NCBI GenBank assembly: GCA_945889575.1
Contig: CAMDBY010000001.1
Location: 1 to 39,220 of the forward strand
Reading direction: 5' to 3'
Origin: Bifidobacterium breve
GTDB taxonomy: Bacteria; Actinomycetota; Acidimicrobiia; Acidimicrobiales; Ilumatobacteraceae
Length of the DNA: 39,220 bases
Part shown: positions 10,621 through 19,093 of the stretch, piece after piece
Layout of the letters: each line of letters opens with the position of its first letter
Position numbering within the stretch: the stretch's first letter is position 1
Translations under genes and position numbers: made by a program
Notes under the pieces: generated by a model
Databases searched by the model: none
Told to the model about the DNA's origin: nothing
Seen by the model: the letters and a program-made list of their open reading frames with translations, nothing else

Positions 10621-10734
10621 ATGTCTGAAGCAACTCTTTTCTCGTTTGGTGCAGTGATTTTTATCATTGTGTTTACCGGGGCAACTCTGTTCGGTATGGC
10701 CTCCTTGAAAGAGTTCCAAGACCGGACTAAGTAG
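10621..10734 (+). CDS. 37-aa single-TM mini-protein (below the ORF-track cutoff)
   Basis: The ATG immediately follows the TAA of the previous ORF. SD AAGGAA lies about 7 nt upstream. Translation: MSEATLFSFGAVIFIIVFTGATLFGMASLKEFQDRTK. It ends 7 nt before the SDR start. Confidence 0.4.
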   Translation: MSEATLFSFGAVIFIIVFTGATLFGMASLKEFQDRTK

Positions 10735-10741
10735 TCCTGAA

Positions 10742-11503
10742 GTGTCTCGTCAGATTGCACTAATCACTGGTGCATCGTCGGGCATAGGGAGAGCATTCGC
10801 CCAGTACTACGCAGCAGCAGGATTTCATCTTGTGATTGTTGGGCGTGATCTCGATCAACTGACGTTATTAAGTGAAGAAATAGTCGCTACTGGTGCAAGC
10901 TGCCAGATCTGTGTGGCAGATTTATCGGAGTCAAGTGGCGTGGAAATCGTTCTGGCCTGTTGTTCGGAACCGGATGTTGTCGTTGCAAATGCTGGTGTCA
11001 CTATGGCTGGTCGAGTGGGAACGAGAGACTGGACAGATCTCGAACAGATGAGTTATCTGCTTGGGGTTGGAGTTGCACAATTGCTTGAGGGAATTATTCC
11101 CGCAATGACGCAACGAGGGTCAGGAGACATTCTGATCGTGTCCAGTATTGCCTCGTTAATCACAATGCCAAATTCTGCAATGTATGCAGCTTCTAAGTCG
11201 TTCGTCACGGCCTATGGACGGAGTGTGGCTGCAGAAACCGAACGATTCGGTGTTCGCGTATGTGTCTTGTGCCCCGGATATGTCCACACCAACTTGCATG
11301 AACGGGCCGGATTGTCCCACCTTGAAAAGCAAGTCCCACGGTGGATGTGGATCTCGTCAGACACGGTGGTGCAGGCAGGAATTAGGGGTCTTCGGCGCAA
11401 AAAGGTGGTGGTCGTGCCTGGCCTTGTGTATCGCTCAGTTCGACCCTTTCTCAATTCCCGCGCCGCCCAGCGCCTGTGGAGACAATTGACAAAACGGCAT
11501 TGA
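10742..11503 (+). CDS. short-chain dehydrogenase/reductase (classical SDR)
   Basis: 253 aa with a GTG start. Motifs TGASSGIGRA (TGxxxGxG), NAGV and YAASK (YxxxK). Confidence 0.85.
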   Translation: MSRQIALITGASSGIGRAFAQYYAAAGFHLVIVGRDLDQLTLLSEEIVATGASCQICVADLSESSGVEIVLACCSEPDVVVANAGVTMAGRVGTRDWTDLEQMSYLLGVGVAQLLEGIIPAMTQRGSGDILIVSSIASLITMPNSAMYAASKSFVTAYGRSVAAETERFGVRVCVLCPGYVHTNLHERAGLSHLEKQVPRWMWISSDTVVQAGIRGLRRKKVVVVPGLVYRSVRPFLNSRAAQRLWRQLTKRH

Positions 11504-11586
11504 GTTCTCCGGATTGAAGTACCGGTCTGTCAATAAGTTGGGCTTGGGGGTTGACGAACGGCATGGGAAGGCGCGAGACTGTGTCC

Positions 11587-11652
11587 ATGTCAATCGCCAG
11601 CACTTCTCGCCGCCTCGTCGGCACCGCTGTCGCGATCATCATTATTCGTTAG
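11587..11652 (+). CDS. candidate regulatory leader peptide with an Ile run
   Basis: Translation MSIASTSRRLVGTAVAIIIIR. Four consecutive Ile codons (ATC ATC ATT ATT, 11635..11646) sit one codon before the stop. In-frame alternative starts are GTG 11581 (9 nt after SD GGAAGG at 11566..11571) and ATG 11563. It lies in the 247-nt gap upstream of the cimA-like gene. Confidence 0.5.
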   Translation: MSIASTSRRLVGTAVAIIIIR

Positions 11653-11681
11653 CGCACGCCGGTCTCCGACGTGCGCGTTCC

Positions 11682-11704
11682 AGCCGCCTCTAGGGCGGCT
11701 TTTT
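11682..11704 (+). terminator. leader terminator (attenuator) hairpin
   Basis: 7-bp GC-rich stem AGCCGCC (11682..11688) / GGCGGCT (11694..11700) with a 5-nt loop, running into TTTTT (11700..11704). It lies 46 nt upstream of the cimA-like ATG. A second hairpin, GCGCACG/CGTGCGC at 11652..11676, precedes it. Confidence 0.5.
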
Positions 11705-11750
11705 CATTCCCAAAAATTCGAACCAGACGAGCCCAAAGAAGAACACTCAC

Positions 11751-13337
11751 ATGAACACACAACACACAAAAGAACTAGTCGAAGCATTTGACACCACCTT
11801 GCGCGACGGCATGCAAGTAGAAGGCGTCTCTGCAACTGTCGAAGACAAGCTGCGAATCGCCGAACAGCTTGATTACCTCGGTGTGCAATTCATTGAAGGC
11901 GGTTGGCCAGGGGCGAATCCGAAAGACATCGAGTTCTTTGCGCGTGCAGCCACAGAACTGAAGTTGAAGCATTCAACCTTGGTGGCATTTGGTTCAACCC
12001 GTCGCCCGAAGGGCAAAGTGGACGATGACGCAACATTGCGCAACTTGCTTGATGCCAATACTTCGGCAGTGTGCATCGTTGCGAAATCATGGGACTATCA
12101 CGTCATAGAGGCGTTGCAGACCACTCTTGATGAAGGCGAACTGATGGTTGCTGATTCTGTTGAGTTCTTGACTGGCAATGGTCGCCAAGTAATGGTTGAC
12201 CTTGAACATTTCTTCGACGGATACAAAAACAATCCGGAATTCGCAATGCGCGTTGTTGGCGCCGCAGTAATGAAGGGCGCAACTCACTTGGTGATGTGCG
12301 ATACAAATGGTGGTTCTTTGCCTCATGAAATCAGTGAGATTGTCACAAAGGTCAAGGCGTTTGTCGGCAACGATGCGACATTAGGAATTCATTGCCACGA
12401 CGACACTGGTTGTGCTGTTGCTAACTCAATGGCTGCAGTAATGGCTGGTGTTCGTCACGTACAAGGCACATTGAATGGGCTGGGGGAGCGCACGGGTAAT
12501 ACCAACCTCACAACCGTTATCCCGAACCTTGAATTGAAGATGGGCTTTCGTTGTTTGCCAGAAGGAAACCTTGACCGATTAACAGCTGTTAGCAACCATG
12601 TGGCCGAAGTTCTGAATCGGCCATTGAATCCTCAGGCTCCATACGTTGGTTTTTCGGCATTTGCACATAAGGCCGGTCTACACGTATCAGCTATCAAGCG
12701 TGCGAAAGATGCATACGAGCACATCGACCCAGTTGTTGTCGGAAACGGCACTCGTTTTGTTGTCAGTGAAATGGCTGGACGTGCAACTATCGAAGTGAAG
12801 GCTGAAGAACTTGGTTTGCAAATGGACGGAGCCGCAATCGGTTCGGTCATTGAAGACTTGAAGCGTCTCGAGCACGAGGGGTACCACTTCGAAGCAGCTG
12901 ATGCGTCGCTGGAATTATTGATGCGTCGGGCAAGTGGCTGGAAGCATGATGCATTTCATGTGGAATCAATGCGTGTCGTCACTGATGAAGCAGAAGATGG
13001 TGAATTCACGACCGAAGCCACTGTCAAGGTGCGCATCGGGGATCAGAGCTATGCACACACTGCAGACGGCAATGGTCCGGTGAATGCAATTGACGCTGCG
13101 CTGCGCGCATCGTTGTTGCCTCACTATCCAGTCCTGGCCAAAGTGCACCTGACTGACTACAAGGTGCGCATCTTGGACGGCGCAACCGCCACTGGAGCAA
13201 TTACTCGTGTGCTTCTTGATGCCACAAACGGTGATCGGTCATGGACCACCATCGGAGTCTCGGCAAATATCATCGAAGCCTCATGGAATGCCCTGGAAGA
13301 GTCATTGATCTATGGACTACTCCACGCTTCGGCGTAG
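11751..13337 (+). CDS. cimA: (R)-citramalate synthase-like enzyme (LeuA/CimA family)
   Basis: 528 aa with the HMGL-like catalytic domain (FDTTLRDGMQVEG, HCHDDTGCAVANS) and a LeuA-type C-terminal regulatory domain. The size and N-terminus fit the short CimA-type rather than the long actinobacterial LeuA. The Ile-codon leader upstream supports the CimA call by inference. Confidence 0.75.
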   Translation: MNTQHTKELVEAFDTTLRDGMQVEGVSATVEDKLRIAEQLDYLGVQFIEGGWPGANPKDIEFFARAATELKLKHSTLVAFGSTRRPKGKVDDDATLRNLLDANTSAVCIVAKSWDYHVIEALQTTLDEGELMVADSVEFLTGNGRQVMVDLEHFFDGYKNNPEFAMRVVGAAVMKGATHLVMCDTNGGSLPHEISEIVTKVKAFVGNDATLGIHCHDDTGCAVANSMAAVMAGVRHVQGTLNGLGERTGNTNLTTVIPNLELKMGFRCLPEGNLDRLTAVSNHVAEVLNRPLNPQAPYVGFSAFAHKAGLHVSAIKRAKDAYEHIDPVVVGNGTRFVVSEMAGRATIEVKAEELGLQMDGAAIGSVIEDLKRLEHEGYHFEAADASLELLMRRASGWKHDAFHVESMRVVTDEAEDGEFTTEATVKVRIGDQSYAHTADGNGPVNAIDAALRASLLPHYPVLAKVHLTDYKVRILDGATATGAITRVLLDATNGDRSWTTIGVSANIIEASWNALEESLIYGLLHASA

Positions 13338-13348
13338 AGTTTGAGTTC

Positions 13349-13879
13349 ATGTCGGCTCCCCGCTTTTCTCCAGTTCCTCCGGTTGAACCGGTTCGCTACT
13401 ACGAGTCTCCTGATTCGGTTCCTGAATCGTGGTCACCTGGTCGTCCCGGAGAAATCCAAGGTCGTCAGCCAGAAGGTGAGCGCCTCGGGTATCAAGGTCC
13501 TGATCAGGGGTACATCATCGGTTTAGCCAAACGTGCACGTGCTCGCGTTCGTGTCACTGCAGGCGAAGACATGGATGATGTGTTGCGCGGCTGTTCTCTC
13601 ATTGCCTTGCGACGTGCGTCTCTGTTTGGCCGTGCGCCAGTGGTGCATGACTTGAATGTTGCATTGGGTATGTGGGGCTACTTGTCTGACACGCCTCCAG
13701 CAGACTTGGTCTCAGTACGCCGCGAATTATTTGTTGGTGTTGGCAATGATGCTCATCACTACAAAGAGGGCCGCGCAATTGCCGACATGGCCCCAAATGA
13801 AACCTTGAAGATGTCGCCATCAGAAGTGGTGACTCAATTTTCCACGCAGTGGCGCACGCTCACAGGTTTTTCTGTATGA
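13349..13879 (+). CDS. hypothetical protein
   Basis: 176 aa from ATG 13349; the ORF-track start 13241 overlaps cimA. The stop overlaps the next start (ATGA at 13876..13879). Confidence 0.55.
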   Translation: MSAPRFSPVPPVEPVRYYESPDSVPESWSPGRPGEIQGRQPEGERLGYQGPDQGYIIGLAKRARARVRVTAGEDMDDVLRGCSLIALRRASLFGRAPVVHDLNVALGMWGYLSDTPPADLVSVRRELFVGVGNDAHHYKEGRAIADMAPNETLKMSPSEVVTQFSTQWRTLTGFSV

Positions 13880-15660
13880 CCATCTACTCGGCTCCACTGT
13901 CTGACATCGAGTTTTCACTCAACTCTTTCGTTGACCTTCCCTCCATCATGAAGTTCGACCACTTTGGTGAAGCAGACCACAGCATGGTTTCGGACTTGCT
14001 CGCTGAAGCAGGGCGCTTTATGGCTGACATCTTTGCTCCGTTAAATAAATCTGGAGACAACGAAGGCGCGAAGCGAAATGCTGACGGAACTGTCTCAACG
14101 CCAGAAGGTTTTATCGAGGCATATCACGCATATGTCGAAGCCGGATGGGGCGCCGTTTCTTTTGATACAGGTTTTGGCGGCGGGGGATTTCCTTTTGTTG
14201 TCGGTATCGCGATTCAAGAAATGATGAACTCTGCAAACATGGCGCTCAGTATGGCGCCACTGTTGACGCAAGGCGCAATTGATGCCATTCGTCATCATGG
14301 TGACGAGATTCAAAAAATGACCTACCTGCCAAAGATGATTACTGGCGAATGGACAGGCACCATGAACCTCACAGAGCCGGATGCTGGCAGTGACGTTGGT
14401 TCTGTTCGCACAAAGGCGGTGCCGCAATCAGATGGCACGTATCGCATTTACGGCACAAAGATCTACATCACTTTTGGTGAACATGACATGGCAGACAACA
14501 TCATTCACTTAGTGTTGGCGCGTACGCCAGATGCTCCAGCAGGAACAAAAGGAATTTCGTGCTTCATAGTTCCGAAATTCCTTGTGGGCGCAGATGGTTC
14601 CCTCGGTGTAAAGAATGATGTCTCGTGTATTTCTATCGAACACAAACTAGGCATTAAGGCCAGTCCCACTTGCGTGTTGTCGTTTGGCGACAATGACGGA
14701 GCCATCGGTTATCTCATCGGTGAAGAAAACCATGGCATGCAATACATGTTCACCATGATGAACCAGGCACGACTGTCAGTGGGCCTTGAAGGACTATCGC
14801 TTGCAGAGCGCGCATATCAACAGTCGCTTGAGTATTCAGTGCTTCGTCACCAAGGTCGCGCACCTGGGGCGCCTGCTGGTGAAGCATCGTCCATCATTGA
14901 TCACCCCGATGTGAAGCGAATGCTTGTCACTATGAAGTCAACCATTGAAGCACTTCGTCGTTTGTTGTACTGGAATGCGGCGTGCATCGATATTGCGGCA
15001 CATCACCCCGATGCAACGGAACGTGAAAAGGCAGAAGACTTGGCAGCGCTCTTGACTCCACTGTCTAAGGGTTGGGGCACCGACATGGGTGTTGCGCTCA
15101 CAGGAATCGCTATTCAAATTCACGGTGGCATGGGATTCATTGAAGAGACCGGAGTTGCACAGCATTATCGCGATGCGCGAATCACCACCATTTATGAAGG
15201 CACAAACGGCATTCAGGCGATGGACTTAGTTGGTCGCAAAATGGGACTCAAAGGTGGCGCCGTTCTTGGTGGCTTACTTGACGACATTGATGCATTAGAC
15301 GCCCAACTCATTAAGCACCCTGAACTCATCTCGCTTGCATCTGAATTGCAGTCAGCATTGAAGTCTGTACGGGGCACCACGCAATGGTTACAGCAGAACG
15401 GCACTAACCAAGTTGCTGTTTTGTCTGGCGCAACGCCGTATCTCACACAACTATCAACATTGGTTGGTGGCTATGTCATGGCGCGCTCAGCACACATAGC
15501 TATTCATTCGGAAATGGCACCTGATGACATTTCTGCAAAAGTTGCTACAGCACGATTCTTTTGCGAACAACTTCTTCCCGTTGTTCATGGTTTGAGTTCA
15601 TCAATCACTGGTGACGGTGATTTGTTGATGAGCTTCACTCACGACACGTTGTCGCGCTAG
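13876..15660 (+). CDS. large acyl-CoA dehydrogenase (FadE-type with extended C-terminal domain)
   Basis: About 594 aa from ATG 13876. Motifs TEPDAGSD, IHGGMGFIEE and YEGTNGIQ. Confidence 0.85.
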   Translation: MTIYSAPLSDIEFSLNSFVDLPSIMKFDHFGEADHSMVSDLLAEAGRFMADIFAPLNKSGDNEGAKRNADGTVSTPEGFIEAYHAYVEAGWGAVSFDTGFGGGGFPFVVGIAIQEMMNSANMALSMAPLLTQGAIDAIRHHGDEIQKMTYLPKMITGEWTGTMNLTEPDAGSDVGSVRTKAVPQSDGTYRIYGTKIYITFGEHDMADNIIHLVLARTPDAPAGTKGISCFIVPKFLVGADGSLGVKNDVSCISIEHKLGIKASPTCVLSFGDNDGAIGYLIGEENHGMQYMFTMMNQARLSVGLEGLSLAERAYQQSLEYSVLRHQGRAPGAPAGEASSIIDHPDVKRMLVTMKSTIEALRRLLYWNAACIDIAAHHPDATEREKAEDLAALLTPLSKGWGTDMGVALTGIAIQIHGGMGFIEETGVAQHYRDARITTIYEGTNGIQAMDLVGRKMGLKGGAVLGGLLDDIDALDAQLIKHPELISLASELQSALKSVRGTTQWLQQNGTNQVAVLSGATPYLTQLSTLVGGYVMARSAHIAIHSEMAPDDISAKVATARFFCEQLLPVVHGLSSSITGDGDLLMSFTHDTLSR

Positions 15661-16040
15661 AGATCAATCGCGTGGGCGCGAAGCCCTTCGACATCGCAAA
15701 ATTCTGTGGCCGCGATATGTGTTGAATGCAGTTTCACTTGTGGTGCCTTGCCTTCTTCGAAAGCTTCCTGCCATCGCGGCGCGCACAAGCACCATTGGTC
15801 GCCAGCCTTCAGGCCTGCAAAGCCGTATTGGGGCATTGGGGTGGACAGGTCATTGCCTGCAGCCTTCGAGAACTCAAGGAACTCATCGGTCATGATTGCG
15901 CACACGGCATGAACCCCAACATCGTCACCGCCGACTTCACAGCAGCCAGTTCTGTAAAAACCTGTTACTGGTGATGTGCAGCATGTGCGTAAGCGCTCTC
16001 CGAGCACATTGAGTTGTTCTGTCTCTGTAAAGCCATCCAT
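15657..16040 (-). CDS. DUF2237-family protein
   Basis: 127 aa. The Cys-rich N-terminal pattern CCTSPVTGFYRTGCC and WCLCAPRW are typical of DUF2237. There is a 4-nt convergent overlap with the preceding gene. Confidence 0.7.
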   Translation of the reverse strand: MDGFTETEQLNVLGERLRTCCTSPVTGFYRTGCCEVGGDDVGVHAVCAIMTDEFLEFSKAAGNDLSTPMPQYGFAGLKAGDQWCLCAPRWQEAFEEGKAPQVKLHSTHIAATEFCDVEGLRAHAIDL

Positions 16041-16097
16041 CTCTTCAAACTACCGTTGACTGCTGTTCAATCGCTGTGCCACTAACCTTTCAGAGTC

Positions 16098-17504
16098 ATG
16101 TCTGATTCTCCTCGCTATCGCTTCGCCCCCTCACCAACTGGCTTTTTCCACGTTGGGGGAGCCCGCACTGCTCTCTATAACTGGGCGCTTGCGCTACGTA
16201 CTGGCGGCACGTTTGTTCTACGAATTGAAGACACTGACGAATCTCGTAACAGCCCTGAATGGACTCAAGGCATCATCGACGCTCTGTCATGGCTGGGAAT
16301 TGATTCACAGTCGCCACGATTCGAAGGGCCGTACTTTCAGTCGCAGAATGCAGAACTACATATTGCTGCTGCCATGAAATTGCACACTATGGGTAAGGCA
16401 TATTGGTGTGATCTCACGGCCGACCAAATTCAGGAACGTGCAAAGTCTTCAGGCAAGCAGGGTTACGACGGTTACTCGCGCGACCGCGGACTTGCTGGTG
16501 GCCCGGGGCATGTATTGCGGTTCCGTGTGCCAGAAGGCGCAACCATCGTGTCTGACCTTGTTCGCGGTGAAGTGGAATTTGCAAACGAGACCATTGAAGA
16601 TTTCGTGCTGTTGCGCAGTAATGGCAGCCCCATGTTCTTGCTCGCCAATGTGGTTGACGATATTGAGATGCGCATCACCCATGTAGTGCGGGCAGAAGAG
16701 CATTTACCAAATACTCCGAAGCAACAAATGTTGTGGGAAGCCTTAGGCACGACGCCGCCAATTTGGGCGCACGTTCCTGTATTGGTTAACGAACAGCGTA
16801 AGAAGTTGTCAAAGCGTCGCGACAAGGTAGCTCTCGAGCAGTATCGCGAAGAGGGAATTCTTCCTGATGCAATGATCAACTACCTCATGACGCTTGGGTG
16901 GGCTCCAGCTGGCGATACTGAAATAGTTCCGTGGTCATCAATGGTGGAAGAGTTCCGTCTGGAAGATGTCAATCACTCACCAGCATTCTTTGACATTAAG
17001 AAGTTGGCCTCATTCAATGGTGATTACATTCGTGCCATGTCACATGATGCATTCATTCAAGCAGCATCTCCCGTGCTTGCAGCCACTGATGCATGGCCAG
17101 CAGATCGGTTTAGCGCAGATGTCTTTGTGCAAGCAGCTCCACTTGTACAAACTCGAGTGGTCACTTTGTCAGAGATTCCGGCAATGGTTGATTTCTTATT
17201 CCTTGAAAATCCTGCAATTGATGACGATGCATGGAACAAAACAATGAGTGCTGATTTTGCTCGTGAAGTACTGACAGATTTCGCTGCAGCAATGTCAACT
17301 GTGGAGTGGAACCATGACAGCTTGAAGGCCATCCTTGAAACATGGACAGAAGCACACGGCCTGAAATTAGGCAAGACACAGGCGCCGATTCGCGTAGCCA
17401 TCACCGGTCGAACTGTCGGTCCTCCTTTGTTTGAGAGTCTTGAAATTCTTGGTCGCGAGGAAACTATTCGTCGCCTTGCTGCCGGCATTGCACGGCTGGG
17501 ATAA
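16098..17504 (+). CDS. gltX: glutamyl-tRNA synthetase
   Basis: 468 aa. Class I motifs [12 protein letters not shown] (HIGH) and KLSKR (KMSKS). Confidence 0.92.
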   Translation: MSDSPRYRFAPSPTGFFHVGGARTALYNWALALRTGGTFVLRIEDTDESRNSPEWTQGIIDALSWLGIDSQSPRFEGPYFQSQNAELHIAAAMKLHTMGKAYWCDLTADQIQERAKSSGKQGYDGYSRDRGLAGGPGHVLRFRVPEGATIVSDLVRGEVEFANETIEDFVLLRSNGSPMFLLANVVDDIEMRITHVVRAEEHLPNTPKQQMLWEALGTTPPIWAHVPVLVNEQRKKLSKRRDKVALEQYREEGILPDAMINYLMTLGWAPAGDTEIVPWSSMVEEFRLEDVNHSPAFFDIKKLASFNGDYIRAMSHDAFIQAASPVLAATDAWPADRFSADVFVQAAPLVQTRVVTLSEIPAMVDFLFLENPAIDDDAWNKTMSADFAREVLTDFAAAMSTVEWNHDSLKAILETWTEAHGLKLGKTQAPIRVAITGRTVGPPLFESLEILGREETIRRLAAGIARLG

Positions 17505-17512
17505 TTTCTGAC

Positions 17513-18130
17513 ATGCGCGCTTTTGTGCGTTCGGCATTAGTTCTCACGGTCGGAGTGTGTATTGCTCTTGTTTCGTACGTGGGAATCGCAGCTGTGACAC
17601 TGACATGGGCCGGCACTCACCACGACTCAAATACGGTTGATGCAATTGTGGTCATGGGTGCTGCGCAATATGACGGCGTGCCGTCACCGCTGCTTGCCTC
17701 GCGTCTTCAGCATGCGCTTGATCTATGGAAACAAAAGCAAGCACCTGTTATCGCGGTGACCGGAGGGAAACGTGCTGGAGACAGATTCACCGAGGGTGAC
17801 ACGTCGCGACGATGGTTGACTGACAGGGGAGTGCCTGCTGCAAACATCATTGTTGAATCGGTTGGTCGTTCCACATGGGAATCCGTTGAGAACCTCGCTC
17901 CACTACTCAACAACGCAAACGTTCGCTCTGTGGTGGTTGTCAGTAGTTCATGGCATGTGCAGCGCGCCGAATTGTCGTTGGAAGAATTGGGCTTTCGTGC
18001 CCACAGTTCGGCTTCGCCTGATGGGGTCCTGTCTGGATCGTCTGAAAAGTCGAAACTGATTCGCGAAATTGCAGGCGTTTGCCTTGGTCGAGTCATCGGT
18101 TTTGGCACTTTGTTTGACATCACGGGCTAA
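17513..18130 (+). CDS. DUF218/YdcF-like (ElyC/SanA family) membrane-anchored protein
   Basis: 205 aa with an N-terminal TM helix and a DUF218-like core (IVVMGAAQYDG ... VTGG ... VVVSSSWH). Confidence 0.7.
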   Translation: MRAFVRSALVLTVGVCIALVSYVGIAAVTLTWAGTHHDSNTVDAIVVMGAAQYDGVPSPLLASRLQHALDLWKQKQAPVIAVTGGKRAGDRFTEGDTSRRWLTDRGVPAANIIVESVGRSTWESVENLAPLLNNANVRSVVVVSSSWHVQRAELSLEELGFRAHSSASPDGVLSGSSEKSKLIREIAGVCLGRVIGFGTLFDITG

Positions 18131-18178
18131 GACCACGGTGGTGGTCACGGCGACTCACCGCTAAACTGGTGCACGCAC

Positions 18179-18253
18179 TGGGGAATGGTGTAATTGGCAA
18201 CACAGCAGTTTCTGGAACTGTTATTCAGGGTTCGAGTCCTTGTTCCCCAACCA
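18179..18253 (+). tRNA. tRNA-Gln (anticodon CTG), CCA encoded
   Basis: Hand-folded cloverleaf:
- acceptor TGGGGAA/TTCCCCA
- D stem GTGT/ACAC
- anticodon stem GCAGT/ACTGT with loop TTCTGGA
- T arm CAGGG-TTCGAGT-CCTTG
- discriminator A, then CCA at 18251..18253. Confidence 0.85.
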
Positions 18254-18254
18254 C

Positions 18255-19085
18255 ATGGACGTTGACATCAACTCCCTTGAAACGGTTTCGTACCGTGTTC
18301 ATCAGCCAGGCGATCAGGGCATCGCCGTTATTGCGCTGAATCGTGACAGCAAGCGCAACGCGCAGAACAATCAGATGACATATGAACTCAATGCGTGTTA
18401 CGACGCTGCGGCTCGTGATTCCAATGTCAAGGTCATTGTTCTTCGTGCAGAGGGCAAACATTTCTCTGCTGGCCATGACCTACGCGACAAATCGAACCAT
18501 CTTGATTTCCCACAAGTGTTTCCTCAATCAGGTTTCACGGGTGAGGGCCAAGAAGGAATGATGGCTCATGAAGAAGAGGTGTACTTCAACATGTGTTGGC
18601 GTTGGCGTAATATTCCCAAACCAGTTATTGCTGCCGCGCAGGGCATGACAATTGCAGGTGGTCTTATGTTGCTCTGGGTTGCAGACATCATCATCGCTGC
18701 TGACGATGCAACATTCTCAGACCCTGTTGTTGCTTTCGGTGTCAATGGCGTTGAGTACTTTGCTCACCCATGGGAATTCGGAGCGCGTAAGGCAAAAGAG
18801 TTGCTGTTTACTGGCGACACATTCACAGCTCAGGAAGCAATGGATGCGGGCATGATTAACAGAGTCGTGCCGGCAGCAGACCTTGAGTCAGCCGCAATGG
18901 CTATGGCCGCAAAGATTGCAACGAAGCCCGGGTTTGCGTTAAAGCTTGCCAAAGAATCCGTGAATCAGACACTTGAAGCACAAGGGCAATACAACGCATT
19001 CCGTGCTGCGTTTTCTTTGCAGCATCTCGGACACGCCAATAACAAATTGCGTTTTGGCATGGCAATTGATCCATCCGGGCTGTAA
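18255..19085 (+). CDS. enoyl-CoA hydratase/isomerase (crotonase family)
   Basis: Motifs ALNRDSKRNA, FSAGHDL and AAAQGMTIAGGLML. ATG 18255 is the only canonical in-frame start outside the tRNA. Confidence 0.85.
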   Translation: MDVDINSLETVSYRVHQPGDQGIAVIALNRDSKRNAQNNQMTYELNACYDAAARDSNVKVIVLRAEGKHFSAGHDLRDKSNHLDFPQVFPQSGFTGEGQEGMMAHEEEVYFNMCWRWRNIPKPVIAAAQGMTIAGGLMLLWVADIIIAADDATFSDPVVAFGVNGVEYFAHPWEFGARKAKELLFTGDTFTAQEAMDAGMINRVVPAADLESAAMAMAAKIATKPGFALKLAKESVNQTLEAQGQYNAFRAAFSLQHLGHANNKLRFGMAIDPSGL

Positions 19086-19093
19086 TTCCCAAC

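Noticed and set aside
11451-11642. 63-aa minus-strand ORF in the SDR-cimA gap
   Set aside because: It is antisense to the SDR 3' end and to the leader peptide, has no RBS, and has an Arg/Pro-rich composition. The plus-strand leader and terminator explain the region better.
18225-18476. 83-aa minus-strand ORF and the TTG-18240 start of the crotonase ORF
   Set aside because: Both overlap the 3' half of tRNA-Gln. The crotonase is better started at ATG 18255.
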